Below, in pieces: positions 29,439-38,316 of a DNA stretch of 64,000 nt (its first letter is position 1; each line of letters begins with the position of its first letter). The translations under genes and the position numbers were made by a program. Under the pieces are notes generated by a model. It was not told the origin of the DNA. It worked only from the letters and a program-made list of their open reading frames with translations, and did no database searches. Origin of the DNA: a virus; IMG/VR virus record IMGVR_UViG_3300044655_001360. The stretch is one strand, 5' to 3'.

Positions 29439-30098
29439 TTAAGTTACGACATGTTCATAGATTCTACCGATAATGGCTTGGTTTCGCATCCTTAGCATCA
29501 AAAGAGTTTGCTCATCTTCTACTAGGATATATCTTGCATCACCAGACCATCTTGTATACATAATCCAATCTTGGATTGCTTCAGAGAATGTAATACGAGG
29601 TACTTGTGTATTCATCCACTTGATATATTCCTGCTTTTCAGCTGGATCAAGTATCTTATGTGGTTTCAAGAAAACCTTGAACCTATACTTACCATATGGT
29701 AATTTCTTAACAGAAATAACATTGGGTGTATCCAATATAGGATTTGTTAAGTCAGGTTCCCATCTTTCTAAGATTGGAAACTTAGCACTAATCGCATTAT
29801 ACATATTCACGTCATTTGTAAAGATAGAAATATCAAATTCCGTTCTAGCAGTCCAATCCGTTTTTGGATACATATCTACAAAATCAATCAATTCAATGAT
29901 TGCATCTTTATGGAGGTTCAACAAACGTTGTTGATGTTTGGAAAAACTCCAACAATAAGAACCGTTTTCGCAGAATTCTTTCATACGATTGCGGAACTTA
30001 TTGAAGTTTAACAACGCAGCACTGTATTGACTAACATCTATTGTGACTTTGTAAAGCCACTTGTCATAATACTTCTTAGTTGTCGTCTGCGTGATCAT
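29439..30098 (-). CDS. Hypothetical protein
   Basis: 219-aa ORF overlapping the clpA end. Confidence 0.6.
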   Translation of the reverse strand: MITQTTTKKYYDKWLYKVTIDVSQYSAALLNFNKFRNRMKEFCENGSYCWSFSKHQQRLLNLHKDAIIELIDFVDMYPKTDWTARTEFDISIFTNDVNMYNAISAKFPILERWEPDLTNPILDTPNVISVKKLPYGKYRFKVFLKPHKILDPAEKQEYIKWMNTQVPRITFSEAIQDWIMYTRWSGDARYILVEDEQTLLMLRMRNQAIIGRIYEHVVT

Positions 30099-32400
30099 CA
30101 GCTAATACCAATTGCCCATCTTCAACGATCAGTTTTTGATCTGATTCCACTACTGGTTTAACATACTCAGAAACTGTGAAAACGGGTTCGTCATTTTCGA
30201 TAGTAACTTTAACATGACCACCGTTAACCAAATCACCGAATAAAACACGACGACTTAATGGACTTTTCAGTTTAGTATCGATTACTCTTGAAAGAGGTCT
30301 AGCACCCATTTTCTTATCGTATCCAAGTTTAGCTAACCATTCAGCTGTAGTTTCATCGATTTCAATTAAGATATCTTTGTCTTTTAACTGGGCGTTTAAT
30401 TCACCAATGAATTTATCCACGATTTTAAGAACTGTACTATGTTCTAATGGAGCAAACTTGATGATAGCATCTAAACGATTGCGGAATTCAGGTGCAAAGT
30501 ATTCATTAATTGCTTTATCATCTTCACCAGTTCTAGCTAAATCACCAAACCCAATAGTATTACGTTCACTGTCACGAGCACCCAAGTTACTCGTCATAAT
30601 AAGAATACAGTTACGACCATCTGCTTGTTTGCCGTTAGAACCAGTTACAAAGCCATTATCCATGAATTGTAACATGATATTTGTTACATCAGGATGTGCT
30701 TTTTCGATTTCATCGAGTAGAAGAACACAGTGTGGATTTTCTTGCAGTTTAGTAATTAACTGACCTGCGTTGTCTTCAAATCCAACATAACCAGGAGGTG
30801 AACCAATCAATCTTGCCACTGAGTGTTTCTCTTGATATTCACTCATGTCAAAACGAACTAATGGCATGTGCATGTACTTAGCAAGTTGCATAGAAAAATT
30901 TGTTTTACCAACGCCGCTGGGTCCTGGGGCAAGAAAACATCCAATTGGTTTGTTAGGAGCTTTCATACCAGCTTGTGATAAGAAGATTTTATCAACCATT
31001 TTCTCAATAGCTTCGTCTTGTCCAAAGATAACCGATTTCAAATGAGGTTCTAATTCTTGCAAATCCGAACTTTCACGTTGATTCATTGATTCAAGTGGCA
31101 TACCTAGCATTTTAGACAATTCAAATGAAATCTGTTCGATGTCAACTATTTCAGTTACACCTTCAGTTGTCGGATCATCGTTCAATTTGAATCGAGCAGA
31201 AGCACAATCCAAGATATCAATTGCTTTATCTGGAAGTTGCTTGTCATTGATATACTTAACGGACAATTTAACTGCTTGTTCGATAGCTGCTGTAGTAATT
31301 TTCACATTATGATGTGCTTCATAATACTTACGAATACCTTTTAAGATTTTAACTGCCATTTCTGGTGATGGCTCATCCGCAGTAACTCGTTGGAAACGAC
31401 GCATTAATGCACGGTCATTTTCAAAGTGTTTGCGATAATCTTCCCATGTAGTAGAAGCAACAATTTTGATAGTACCTTTAGTTAATAAAGGTTTCAACAT
31501 ATTAGATAAATCATTAGCACTATTACTTGATGCACCAGCACCTTGCATCATATGAGCTTCATCAATGAATAATATAATTTTACCTTTTTTCACTAATGCT
31601 GCCAACACGCCTTTGATGCGTTCTTCAAAATCACCACGATACTTGGTACCAGCTAGTAACGAACTGATATCCAATGAATAAACTTCGTGGTCTTGAATGA
31701 ACTTAGGTACATCTTTCTCGTGAATTTTACGGGCTAGGCCAGCTATAATGGAAGTTTTTCCAACTCCTGGTGAACCGATTAAAAGTGCATTACACTTATG
31801 TCTACGAGCAAGAATCAATTGGATTTCTTCTAACTCGGTTTCACGACCGATAACTGGATCTATTTTGTTATCACGAGCAAGAGCACTCAAGTTAGTGCAA
31901 TACGCATCCAATAACTTATCTGGGTTTTTCGCACTACCAACTGCTTGATCACCCAAGTCACCATCTTCACGATTGGCATTGAAGTGTTTAGCAAACTTTT
32001 CTTTAGAAACACCACCACGATTAAAGAAGTAGTAAGCAAAACTGTTCTTTTCACTTAAGATACTAATGATAACATCAGTAACTTCAGTTGTATTACGACC
32101 ACTGAATACAACTTGAGTAAAGCAACGATGTAATACACGGTCAACCGAATTGGTTTTACGTGGTACGTGATTAGGATCATCGATTACGATTTCAGCCAAA
32201 TTGGTTTTCAAGTAGTGATCTAAGTTCATTTTAATAAACTTAGCATCTGCGCCAAAACCTTCGATTAAGTTATATGAATCTTGATCACTCATAATTGCAT
32301 ACGCAATATGTTCAAGAGTAATATACTCATGACTGTGTTCTTTTGCAATCTCAGTTGCTGCCTCAAAGATTGATTGTAAGTTTTTACTCGGTTCAATCAT
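30076..32400 (-). CDS. clpA: ATP-dependent Clp protease ATP-binding subunit ClpA
   Basis: Clp N-domain, two AAA+ modules (GSPGVGKT, GPSGVGKT, FIDEAH, LLLDEIEKAH), IGF ClpP-docking loop, no long M-domain. Confidence 0.93.
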   Translation of the reverse strand: MIEPSKNLQSIFEAATEIAKEHSHEYITLEHIAYAIMSDQDSYNLIEGFGADAKFIKMNLDHYLKTNLAEIVIDDPNHVPRKTNSVDRVLHRCFTQVVFSGRNTTEVTDVIISILSEKNSFAYYFFNRGGVSKEKFAKHFNANREDGDLGDQAVGSAKNPDKLLDAYCTNLSALARDNKIDPVIGRETELEEIQLILARRHKCNALLIGSPGVGKTSIIAGLARKIHEKDVPKFIQDHEVYSLDISSLLAGTKYRGDFEERIKGVLAALVKKGKIILFIDEAHMMQGAGASSNSANDLSNMLKPLLTKGTIKIVASTTWEDYRKHFENDRALMRRFQRVTADEPSPEMAVKILKGIRKYYEAHHNVKITTAAIEQAVKLSVKYINDKQLPDKAIDILDCASARFKLNDDPTTEGVTEIVDIEQISFELSKMLGMPLESMNQRESSDLQELEPHLKSVIFGQDEAIEKMVDKIFLSQAGMKAPNKPIGCFLAPGPSGVGKTNFSMQLAKYMHMPLVRFDMSEYQEKHSVARLIGSPPGYVGFEDNAGQLITKLQENPHCVLLLDEIEKAHPDVTNIMLQFMDNGFVTGSNGKQADGRNCILIMTSNLGARDSERNTIGFGDLARTGEDDKAINEYFAPEFRNRLDAIIKFAPLEHSTVLKIVDKFIGELNAQLKDKDILIEIDETTAEWLAKLGYDKKMGARPLSRVIDTKLKSPLSRRVLFGDLVNGGHVKVTIENDEPVFTVSEYVKPVVESDQKLIVEDGQLVLADDHADDN

Positions 32401-32431
32401 TCGTAACTCCTAGGTTGTTAATGTTATAGTT

Positions 32432-32526
32432 AGTTTAACTTGTTTTCTAGTACAAGTCAAGGTTTGTTTAAAAGTATTAATGTATGTAGCGAATATGTAG
32501 TATACTCTTGATTTTAGAATTGTCAA
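32432..32526 (-). promoter_or_regulatory. Two tandem sigma70-like promoters upstream of clpA
   Basis: TTGACT-N17-TAAACT (32432..32460) and TTGACA-N16-TATACT (32499..32526). Confidence 0.7.
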
Positions 32527-32536
32527 GTGTTTATTG

Positions 32537-32558
32537 GCTCGCTCCTAGCGGAGCTCGC
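32537..32558 (-). repeat. Hairpin element, copy 5
   Basis: Minus strand GCGAG CTCC GCTA GGAG CGAGC. Confidence 0.9.
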
Positions 32559-32569
32559 AAGATTATGGT

Positions 32570-32869
32570 TCAATTATCTTTTAGATCACGAATGGCTCTA
32601 ACACTGTTTATGTTTTCCTTGTATAGAGATGTTTGTATTCCGTTTTGGTTGAAACTTTTACACCAAACATAACTGATATTGTGTTCTGTGAACGACCAAT
32701 ATCGTTTCTTATCAAAATCATTATCTGATTCATATATTCTGTTTAATTCATCTTTAGTGGGTAATCGCCATCCAGTCTTACCATCTATATTAAGAGAAAA
32801 ACAATACAACTTGGCATCAAACCAGTTTAGTCTAATTTCAGTTGATTTAGGTGCTATTTCAAAGTTCAT
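32570..32869 (-). CDS. DUF1566/Lcl-like (C-type lectin fold) small protein, paralogue 1
   Basis: MNFEIAPKS...W.DA..YC..L.I.G..GWRLPT..EL...YWS...VRAIRDLKDN. Confidence 0.75.
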   Translation of the reverse strand: MNFEIAPKSTEIRLNWFDAKLYCFSLNIDGKTGWRLPTKDELNRIYESDNDFDKKRYWSFTEHNISYVWCKSFNQNGIQTSLYKENINSVRAIRDLKDN

Positions 32870-33059
32870 GATGATCATTATCCTCAACCGACCATTCAAT
32901 ATAGTCAATCAAATTTTGAATATCGCTACGTAGGACAGTTGCACGATATTGCCATTGGTTATTCTCGGTTACGAGTTTATCTTCGAGTGATTCAACAGTC
33001 GCTAAAAGATTATCGAGTTTTAACATTAAGATTTGTTTATGTGATAGGGATTTTCTCAT
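32859..33059 (-). CDS. Hypothetical protein
   Basis: 66 aa with a GGAGG RBS, downstream of the promoter. Confidence 0.6.
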   Translation of the reverse strand: MRKSLSHKQILMLKLDNLLATVESLEDKLVTENNQWQYRATVLRSDIQNLIDYIEWSVEDNDHHEL

Positions 33060-33084
33060 GATTGCCTCCGGTTAAGTTTTGCCT

Positions 33085-33112
33085 ATTATAACTAAAAGAT
33101 AATCGATGTCAA
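33085..33112 (-). promoter_or_regulatory. Sigma70-like promoter with the 12-mer box in its spacer
   Basis: TTGACA-tcgATTATCTTTTAGt-TATAAT. Confidence 0.8.
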
Positions 33113-33165
33113 CCATTATTTGCGAGCCCTAATAAAAGAATACCCAGACTAGCTGGGTATTGAAT

Positions 33166-33963
33166 TTAAGTAGCAACTGCTTGTATATGCAGTATTTGAT
33201 CTGGTGTTAAGTCTTTGGGTATCTTGATTTTAACTTTAATCAAAAGATTACCACGACGTTTAGTTTGCATATTGGGTAACCCTTCACCATTACAACTTAA
33301 AACAGTTTCGGGTTGGATACCAGCTGGGATTGTCAGGTTTAGCGTTCTGTCATCTAAGGTATGAATTTCAAGTTTAGTACCTAAAAGAGCATCCCAAACT
33401 GATATGGTTTTTTCAACTACTAGCGCATCACCTTCACGTCTAAACATTCGATGAGGTCTAATGTTAATATTAACAATCAAATCACCAGGAGGAATACCAG
33501 CAATCGAATCATCACCCAGACCTTGATAACGAATCTGCTGACCATGTAACACACCAGCAGGAACTTCAAGTTTAATCGTTTTCTTCTGACCAGATGGGTA
33601 AGCCAAGTCAGCATCAAATGATTTACCAGTTAGCACTTCTTCAAGTGAAACTTCTACATGGATAGAAAGACTGGTATTACGTTGTACGTGATGAAACCCA
33701 TGAGGACCACCGCCATGGAAAAATTCAAATGGATTAAATCCACCATGGAATTGCGGTTCAGGATTATTTGGATCTTGTCCATTATCAACCCGTTGTTTTT
33801 TAACTGGGTCACTTAAGACTTCATAAGCCGTTGCAATGTCTTTAAATTGTTCTTCAGAACCACCTCGGTCTGGGTGATGTTTCATTGCCAGTGAGCGATA
33901 GGCTTTCTTAATTTCATCTGCCGATGCGCCACGTGTTAAACCTAAAATCTTGTAGTAATCCAT
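33166..33963 (-). CDS. dnaJ: DnaJ/CbpA-type co-chaperone (J domain plus C-terminal domain, no Zn finger)
   Basis: DYYKILG...IKKAYR.LA..HHPD, G/F-rich linker, and DnaJ_C motifs (GDL, ALLG, G.GLP). Confidence 0.9.
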   Translation of the reverse strand: MDYYKILGLTRGASADEIKKAYRSLAMKHHPDRGGSEEQFKDIATAYEVLSDPVKKQRVDNGQDPNNPEPQFHGGFNPFEFFHGGGPHGFHHVQRNTSLSIHVEVSLEEVLTGKSFDADLAYPSGQKKTIKLEVPAGVLHGQQIRYQGLGDDSIAGIPPGDLIVNINIRPHRMFRREGDALVVEKTISVWDALLGTKLEIHTLDDRTLNLTIPAGIQPETVLSCNGEGLPNMQTKRRGNLLIKVKIKIPKDLTPDQILHIQAVAT

Positions 33964-33972
33964 ATTCCCAAA

Positions 33973-34587
33973 TTAAGGTAAATGTTTAAGGGCCAATGCG
34001 TAATTCGCATTGCGTTCTTCTAAACCATTAGTACCACCATTGATTTTCTTAGTAATGGTTAGCATATCTTTCTTGTCTGCATGGGTGTTAAGGTCGTGTT
34101 TATCCCAGAACCAGCAAGCAGATTCTAAAGCACCTTCCATGCTACACAGGTATTCACACAAATGATCTACTTCTACACCTAAGTCTTTAGCCATACTAAG
34201 GTAATTTGCTTTACCAGTCAATTGGATTAAACCACGACCACAAAACTTAAAGCCTTCACCAGTAGCTTCTGGACCATTCCCCATTCTACCACCATATACT
34301 TTATTTGCAATCTTTTCTGGTTGCTTTGCATATTGTTTGGCTACTGCTAAGGTAGGAAAGTACTTGGGGAATACTTTAACTAAGGTTTCAGCACGATAGT
34401 TCAAGTTTTCACGTAAGACAGTAAACTGACCACTTTCATGTGAACACTGGGCAATAAATGCAGCAACTCGTAACTTGGTATTGATTTCATACTTTGGTAA
34501 AATCTTATCTAATGCCGCTTTCCATTCATCAATGTGTTTGTTATTTGGTAATATAGCCGCCAAGTCAGCTTTTGTTATTTCATACAT
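33973..34587 (-). CDS. Glycoside hydrolase family 19 (chitinase-like) endolysin
   Basis: FIAQCSHESG, ENLNY, GRGLIQLTGKANY, SACWFW, INGG.NGL.ER. Confidence 0.9.
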   Translation of the reverse strand: MYEITKADLAAILPNNKHIDEWKAALDKILPKYEINTKLRVAAFIAQCSHESGQFTVLRENLNYRAETLVKVFPKYFPTLAVAKQYAKQPEKIANKVYGGRMGNGPEATGEGFKFCGRGLIQLTGKANYLSMAKDLGVEVDHLCEYLCSMEGALESACWFWDKHDLNTHADKKDMLTITKKINGGTNGLEERNANYALALKHLP

Positions 34588-35325
34588 TTAGTCAATCCTT
34601 TTTAATAGCATTGTGTTTGAATCGTTAGTAAACACAAAGTTCTCACCTATTTTGTTGATGTTATAATCACCTAGTACTTTAGTTAACCAAAAGATTTCAC
34701 TCATAGTGGCTTCATCCATTACATAACCTTCAGTACCTTCTAAAATGGCATTCTCTTGTACCAATCGAAGTTTGATTCGATTACCATAAGGTTTTACAAT
34801 AGTGATAACATCGTCTTCTAAGGTAAAATCATCCATTAAAGTCTTTGTAAAGAACTTACGAATGCTTTCAGTTCTGATATCACCTAACATAGCAACGTAG
34901 TCAGCTGGGCTAGACGGAACTATAGCAGTTAAAGTTTCTTCATTGGCTTCGTGTTCAGCTTCATTGGTATGAAACTTGAACTTAAAGTTTTTAATACCAG
35001 TCAACTTAGTAACACCATATAAGATTTCAGTGATATGATTGGCTAAATGAGATTCTCTTGGTAATTCAACGAATACATAGTAATCACCTGCATTCGATTC
35101 ACCAGCACTTACATCAGCATCCAACACATAATGGTATCCTTTTTCAATGAAATCCATTAAGTCCTTGGCAGGTGATCTATCTTTAAGTTGGAAACTCAAA
35201 ACACAAACGTCTTGATCTTCACCCATCTTAGACCGATACGTGTCAATCTCAAAGAATGGGTAAATCATATGTTCTAAATCTAAAGGTCTTAAACCTTCGG
35301 TCAAGTTAGAGTGGTGGAAGTTCAT
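34588..35325 (-). CDS. Conserved-type hypothetical late protein
   Basis: Start taken at MNFHHSNLTEGL; 'ID.Y.SKMG.D.DV.VLSF'. Confidence 0.55.
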   Translation of the reverse strand: MNFHHSNLTEGLRPLDLEHMIYPFFEIDTYRSKMGEDQDVCVLSFQLKDRSPAKDLMDFIEKGYHYVLDADVSAGESNAGDYYVFVELPRESHLANHITEILYGVTKLTGIKNFKFKFHTNEAEHEANEETLTAIVPSSPADYVAMLGDIRTESIRKFFTKTLMDDFTLEDDVITIVKPYGNRIKLRLVQENAILEGTEGYVMDEATMSEIFWLTKVLGDYNINKIGENFVFTNDSNTMLLKRID

Positions 35326-35839
35326 TCTCAGCCTCCATTGCTTGTGTTTCAGCTGGGTCAACATGCGCATTCACGCCCTGATTCATCGTAGCAATATCAT
35401 CTAACTTGTTTTTATCCAAATTAGTATAGCCACGTGTGATATCAGTCATGAGTTTCTTTGGCATGCCAATTTTAACTAGCCAAACTTCTTCGCGGTCAAT
35501 CTTACCTTTACGCGTGCCTGGTCTGATGTCATCAACTTTCTTAATCTTTCGAACTCTTGAAAAATGGGAACTAGCAAACTCAACTTTACACCCATACTCC
35601 ATTAGTCTTAATCCACCAATGGGTTCTGGCATTTGCTTTTTAGGCCACATAAAAGTACATTCAACAAAGTAACGACTTTCATTTGGTCCAACAACTAATT
35701 CACCATCAATCCAGTTATCATAGACATACGTGTCTAATTCATCTATAACCCGTTCGAAATCTTTTAGCAAAGCGAGACTGTTATTAGAACCATAAATCTG
35801 TTCAATATTCTGTATTACGTCTTTAATATCGGTTGCCAT
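35306..35839 (-). CDS. Conserved-type hypothetical late protein
   Basis: 177 aa with a GGAG RBS and CTAAATA at 35857..35863. Confidence 0.6.
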   Translation of the reverse strand: MATDIKDVIQNIEQIYGSNNSLALLKDFERVIDELDTYVYDNWIDGELVVGPNESRYFVECTFMWPKKQMPEPIGGLRLMEYGCKVEFASSHFSRVRKIKKVDDIRPGTRKGKIDREEVWLVKIGMPKKLMTDITRGYTNLDKNKLDDIATMNQGVNAHVDPAETQAMEAENELPPL

Positions 35840-35941
35840 AAATTCTCCTATTGACGTATTTAGGCGAATTTCATTTGGGTAGAAAAGAAAAAGGCTACCT
35901 GAGTAGCCTTTGTTTGTATGGATTATTGATCACACCTGATC

Positions 35942-36208
35942 TCATACGCGTTTAATCTCTAACTGGTTGACAATACCAGATAGGTTAAATAAAGCGATGA
36001 ACTTATCAAAATCAATTTGATTGCTGAATTTGATACTGGTTATATCATCATAGACGCTAGTTCGTAGTTTTGCATTGAAAGCCAACTTACAATACTCCTT
36101 ATATCCGTCTGTTCTTGACCAGCCTTGTGCTTTGGCTGCAGATCTGATTACATTAATGAATTGATCAGAAGTTACATCGTTATATTTGAATTTAATTGTA
36201 ATAGTCAT
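35942..36208 (-). CDS. Hypothetical early protein
   Basis: 88 aa with a GGAG RBS and promoter TTGACA-N16-TATACT at 36240..36267. Confidence 0.6.
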   Translation of the reverse strand: MTITIKFKYNDVTSDQFINVIRSAAKAQGWSRTDGYKEYCKLAFNAKLRTSVYDDITSIKFSNQIDFDKFIALFNLSGIVNQLEIKRV

Positions 36209-36274
36209 GTTGTTTACTCCAGTTAGTTAAGGTGTGAGTAGTATAATATATTATTTGGGAATGTCAAGTGTTTT

Positions 36275-36574
36275 TCAATTATCTTTTATATCTCTCACGG
36301 CGCGTACCCGAATATTATCACTTGATTTACCATGAGCGTATCGACTACCATCTCTAAATGATAAAGCATCAGCAAGTATATTAGTAATCTCAACAGATGT
36401 CCAGTAGTATGAACTTGCGAAATCATTTCCTGATTTGTATATTTCGTTTAATTCTTCATTGGTTGGTAGCCTCCATCCGGATTTACCGCCTATATCAAGG
36501 GAGAAACAATACAAACGGGCATCATCCCAGTTGGATCGGATCTCTGTTGATTTTGGTGCTATTTCAAATTTCAT
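36275..36574 (-). CDS. DUF1566/Lcl-like protein, paralogue 2
   Basis: Family motifs present; promoter TTGACT-N16-TATACT at 36608..36635. Confidence 0.75.
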   Translation of the reverse strand: MKFEIAPKSTEIRSNWDDARLYCFSLDIGGKSGWRLPTNEELNEIYKSGNDFASSYYWTSVEITNILADALSFRDGSRYAHGKSSDNIRVRAVRDIKDN

Positions 36575-36726
36575 GTTATTAACTCCGGTTCTGTTTAAGA
36601 TGCTGGTAGTATAACAACGAAACTAATAAAGTCAATACCTAAAACAAAGAAACCTCAAATAGAAATATTTGAGGTTTTCTAAGAGGTGTGATTTCTCAAA
36701 AGTATTATTTGATTATATTACTGATA

Positions 36727-36747
36727 GCTCGCGCTATTCGCGCTCGC
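36727..36747 (-). repeat. Hairpin element, copy 6 (21-nt variant)
   Basis: Minus strand GCGAG CGC GAATA GCG CGAGC. Confidence 0.8.
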
Positions 36748-36809
36748 ACAAATAGAAATGAAATAGATAATTGAACCCACCAGATTTTGGACGTAACTGT
36801 CCATTTAAA

Positions 36810-37260
36810 AGAATAATACTAAAAGATAATTGAACTATGATTGTCTTATAGATGATGTCGATTACTAAAAGATGATTGAACTATTATAGACTTATAGATG
36901 ATGTTTATATTTGATCTATTATCTTTTAGTTATGATATTCTTATTGATGATCTTATTGATGATCTTATTGATGTGAGTTATTAATGAATTATCTTTTAGT
37001 TCAAAATGTATATGTTCGAATAGATCTAAAATGTATGTGTGCAAATGGAAACAGCTAAAATGTATGGGTTCGTATAGAGTTAAAATGTATGTGCGCGAAT
37101 GGAAACAGCTATAAGGCAATTATCTTTTAGGTTCAAAATGTATGTGCGCGTGGCTTAAGCAGGTAGGATATAAGGGAAGATAAAGTTGAATCTATTATCT
37201 TTTAGATGCTCCTACAATAATAGATTAATTATAGATTAATTATAGATTCTAATAGAAGCT
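36810..37260. repeat. AT-rich iterated-repeat region, candidate replication origin
   Basis: Two ~40-bp direct repeats starting CTAAAAGAT, three short TCTTATTGATG repeats, AAAATGTAT x5 within longer duplicated units, ATAGATTAATT x2, and six 12-mer boxes. Confidence 0.6.
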
Positions 37261-37269
37261 CCTAATACT

Positions 37270-37900
37270 GCGGTATGTGGAGCTGAACATCTTAACCCGA
37301 AAAACTCGGGTTAATTCAAAGCATTCTGGAGGATACATTCTCAAGAAGTTCTGCGTACAAGTATCGCATCACAGCAGCAGTAGAGCATTACAGAGGCGGT
37401 CAGCCGGTACCTCGAGCTCAGTCTTATTAATCTGACGGTGGCTTGCTGGACAACTGCTACCTCATCCAACAAACGCGGGTTTTCTCAACCCATCTTTAGC
37501 CTTTGTTATATCTTTTTGCTGTAACTCAAATGGGTTGTATGAAGGCATATCCCATAACTCATCTGGTGGGGTAGTGAGTTACATCTCCGTTGCTAAATTC
37601 GGAACTTCCATCCCCTATGTGACAAGTAGACTAGGGTTTAAGGGCACGTAATGGTCGCCTGTGCGCGGCTTTCTTAGCAATTCTCTCGTCTTTCTATGTT
37701 CTATCTAGTAATTCGACGAGCAATGGTGGCGGGTGCCTAAAAGATAATTGAAGTAGTATTGAGATGGTCTCTGAAGTTGTAAAAGCGAATAGACTAGGTG
37801 TCGGTAGGGATTTGAGTTGGTCTCTAAAAGATCATTGAGTAATAGACTGGGTGTCGGTAAGCATTTGAGATGGTCTCGGTAAACTGCTTTTGAGTAGAAT
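37270..37900 (-). ncRNA. Candidate large structured non-coding RNA
   Basis: ORF-free, GC-elevated core with many helices whose G.U pairs favour the minus strand. Consensus promoter directly upstream. Ends are uncertain. Confidence 0.6.
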
Positions 37901-37907
37901 ATGATTA

Positions 37908-38019
37908 ATTATAACTTAGATTATGGGGACTGTCAACCTTTTTTCAAGGCTTCTCGTTAACTTCTTTTGGGTAATTTCATAATATGGTTAATTGTACCTT
38001 GTATAGAAATGGATGTCAA
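37908..38019 (-). promoter_or_regulatory. Two sigma70-like promoters pointing into the non-coding interval
   Basis: TTGACA-N17-TATAAT (37908..37936) and TTGACA-N17-TACAAT (37991..38019). Confidence 0.8.
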
Positions 38020-38025
38020 GTGTTT

Positions 38026-38316
38026 TTAATCATCTTTTAGATCTCGAACTGGCATAGTAACTGCTTCGCTTTCGTTTTTGTCCCATTCTATGAAGTGCAT
38101 TCCGTGTGGGCGCACTTGCATTGCATCCAATCCAAGGTCCTCGGAAGTCCAGTACCAATGATTGACAGCTGATGTGACTTGATTTGCGTGAAAATAATCT
38201 ATATCAGGTAAATGCCAACCGGTTTTACCATCGATATTAAGACAAAAACAATAAAACTTGGCTTCATACCAATTCAAATCGGATTTCCAATATTCTTCAG
38301 GTGCTATCTCAATCAT
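38026..38316 (-). CDS. DUF1566/Lcl-like protein, paralogue 3
   Basis: Family motifs; ends PVRDLKDD. Confidence 0.7.
   Translation of the reverse strand: MIEIAPEEYWKSDLNWYEAKFYCFCLNIDGKTGWHLPDIDYFHANQVTSAVNHWYWTSEDLGLDAMQVRPHGMHFIEWDKNESEAVTMPVRDLKDD

Noticed and set aside
36919-37119. 66-aa ORF in the repeat region
   Set aside because: It is a translation of DNA repeats (CFH..TYIL x2, INKI x3) with no RBS, so probably spurious.
37595-37620. RNase P RNA (minus-strand GGAAGUUCCG resembles the conserved GGAAAGUCC)
   Set aside because: I could not find the matching 3' conserved region or a P4 helix. The segment instead pairs with 37345-37351.
36810-37880. CRISPR array
   Set aside because: Repeats are degenerate, present in 2-3 copies, irregularly spaced and without uniform unique spacers. 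No cas genes are present.
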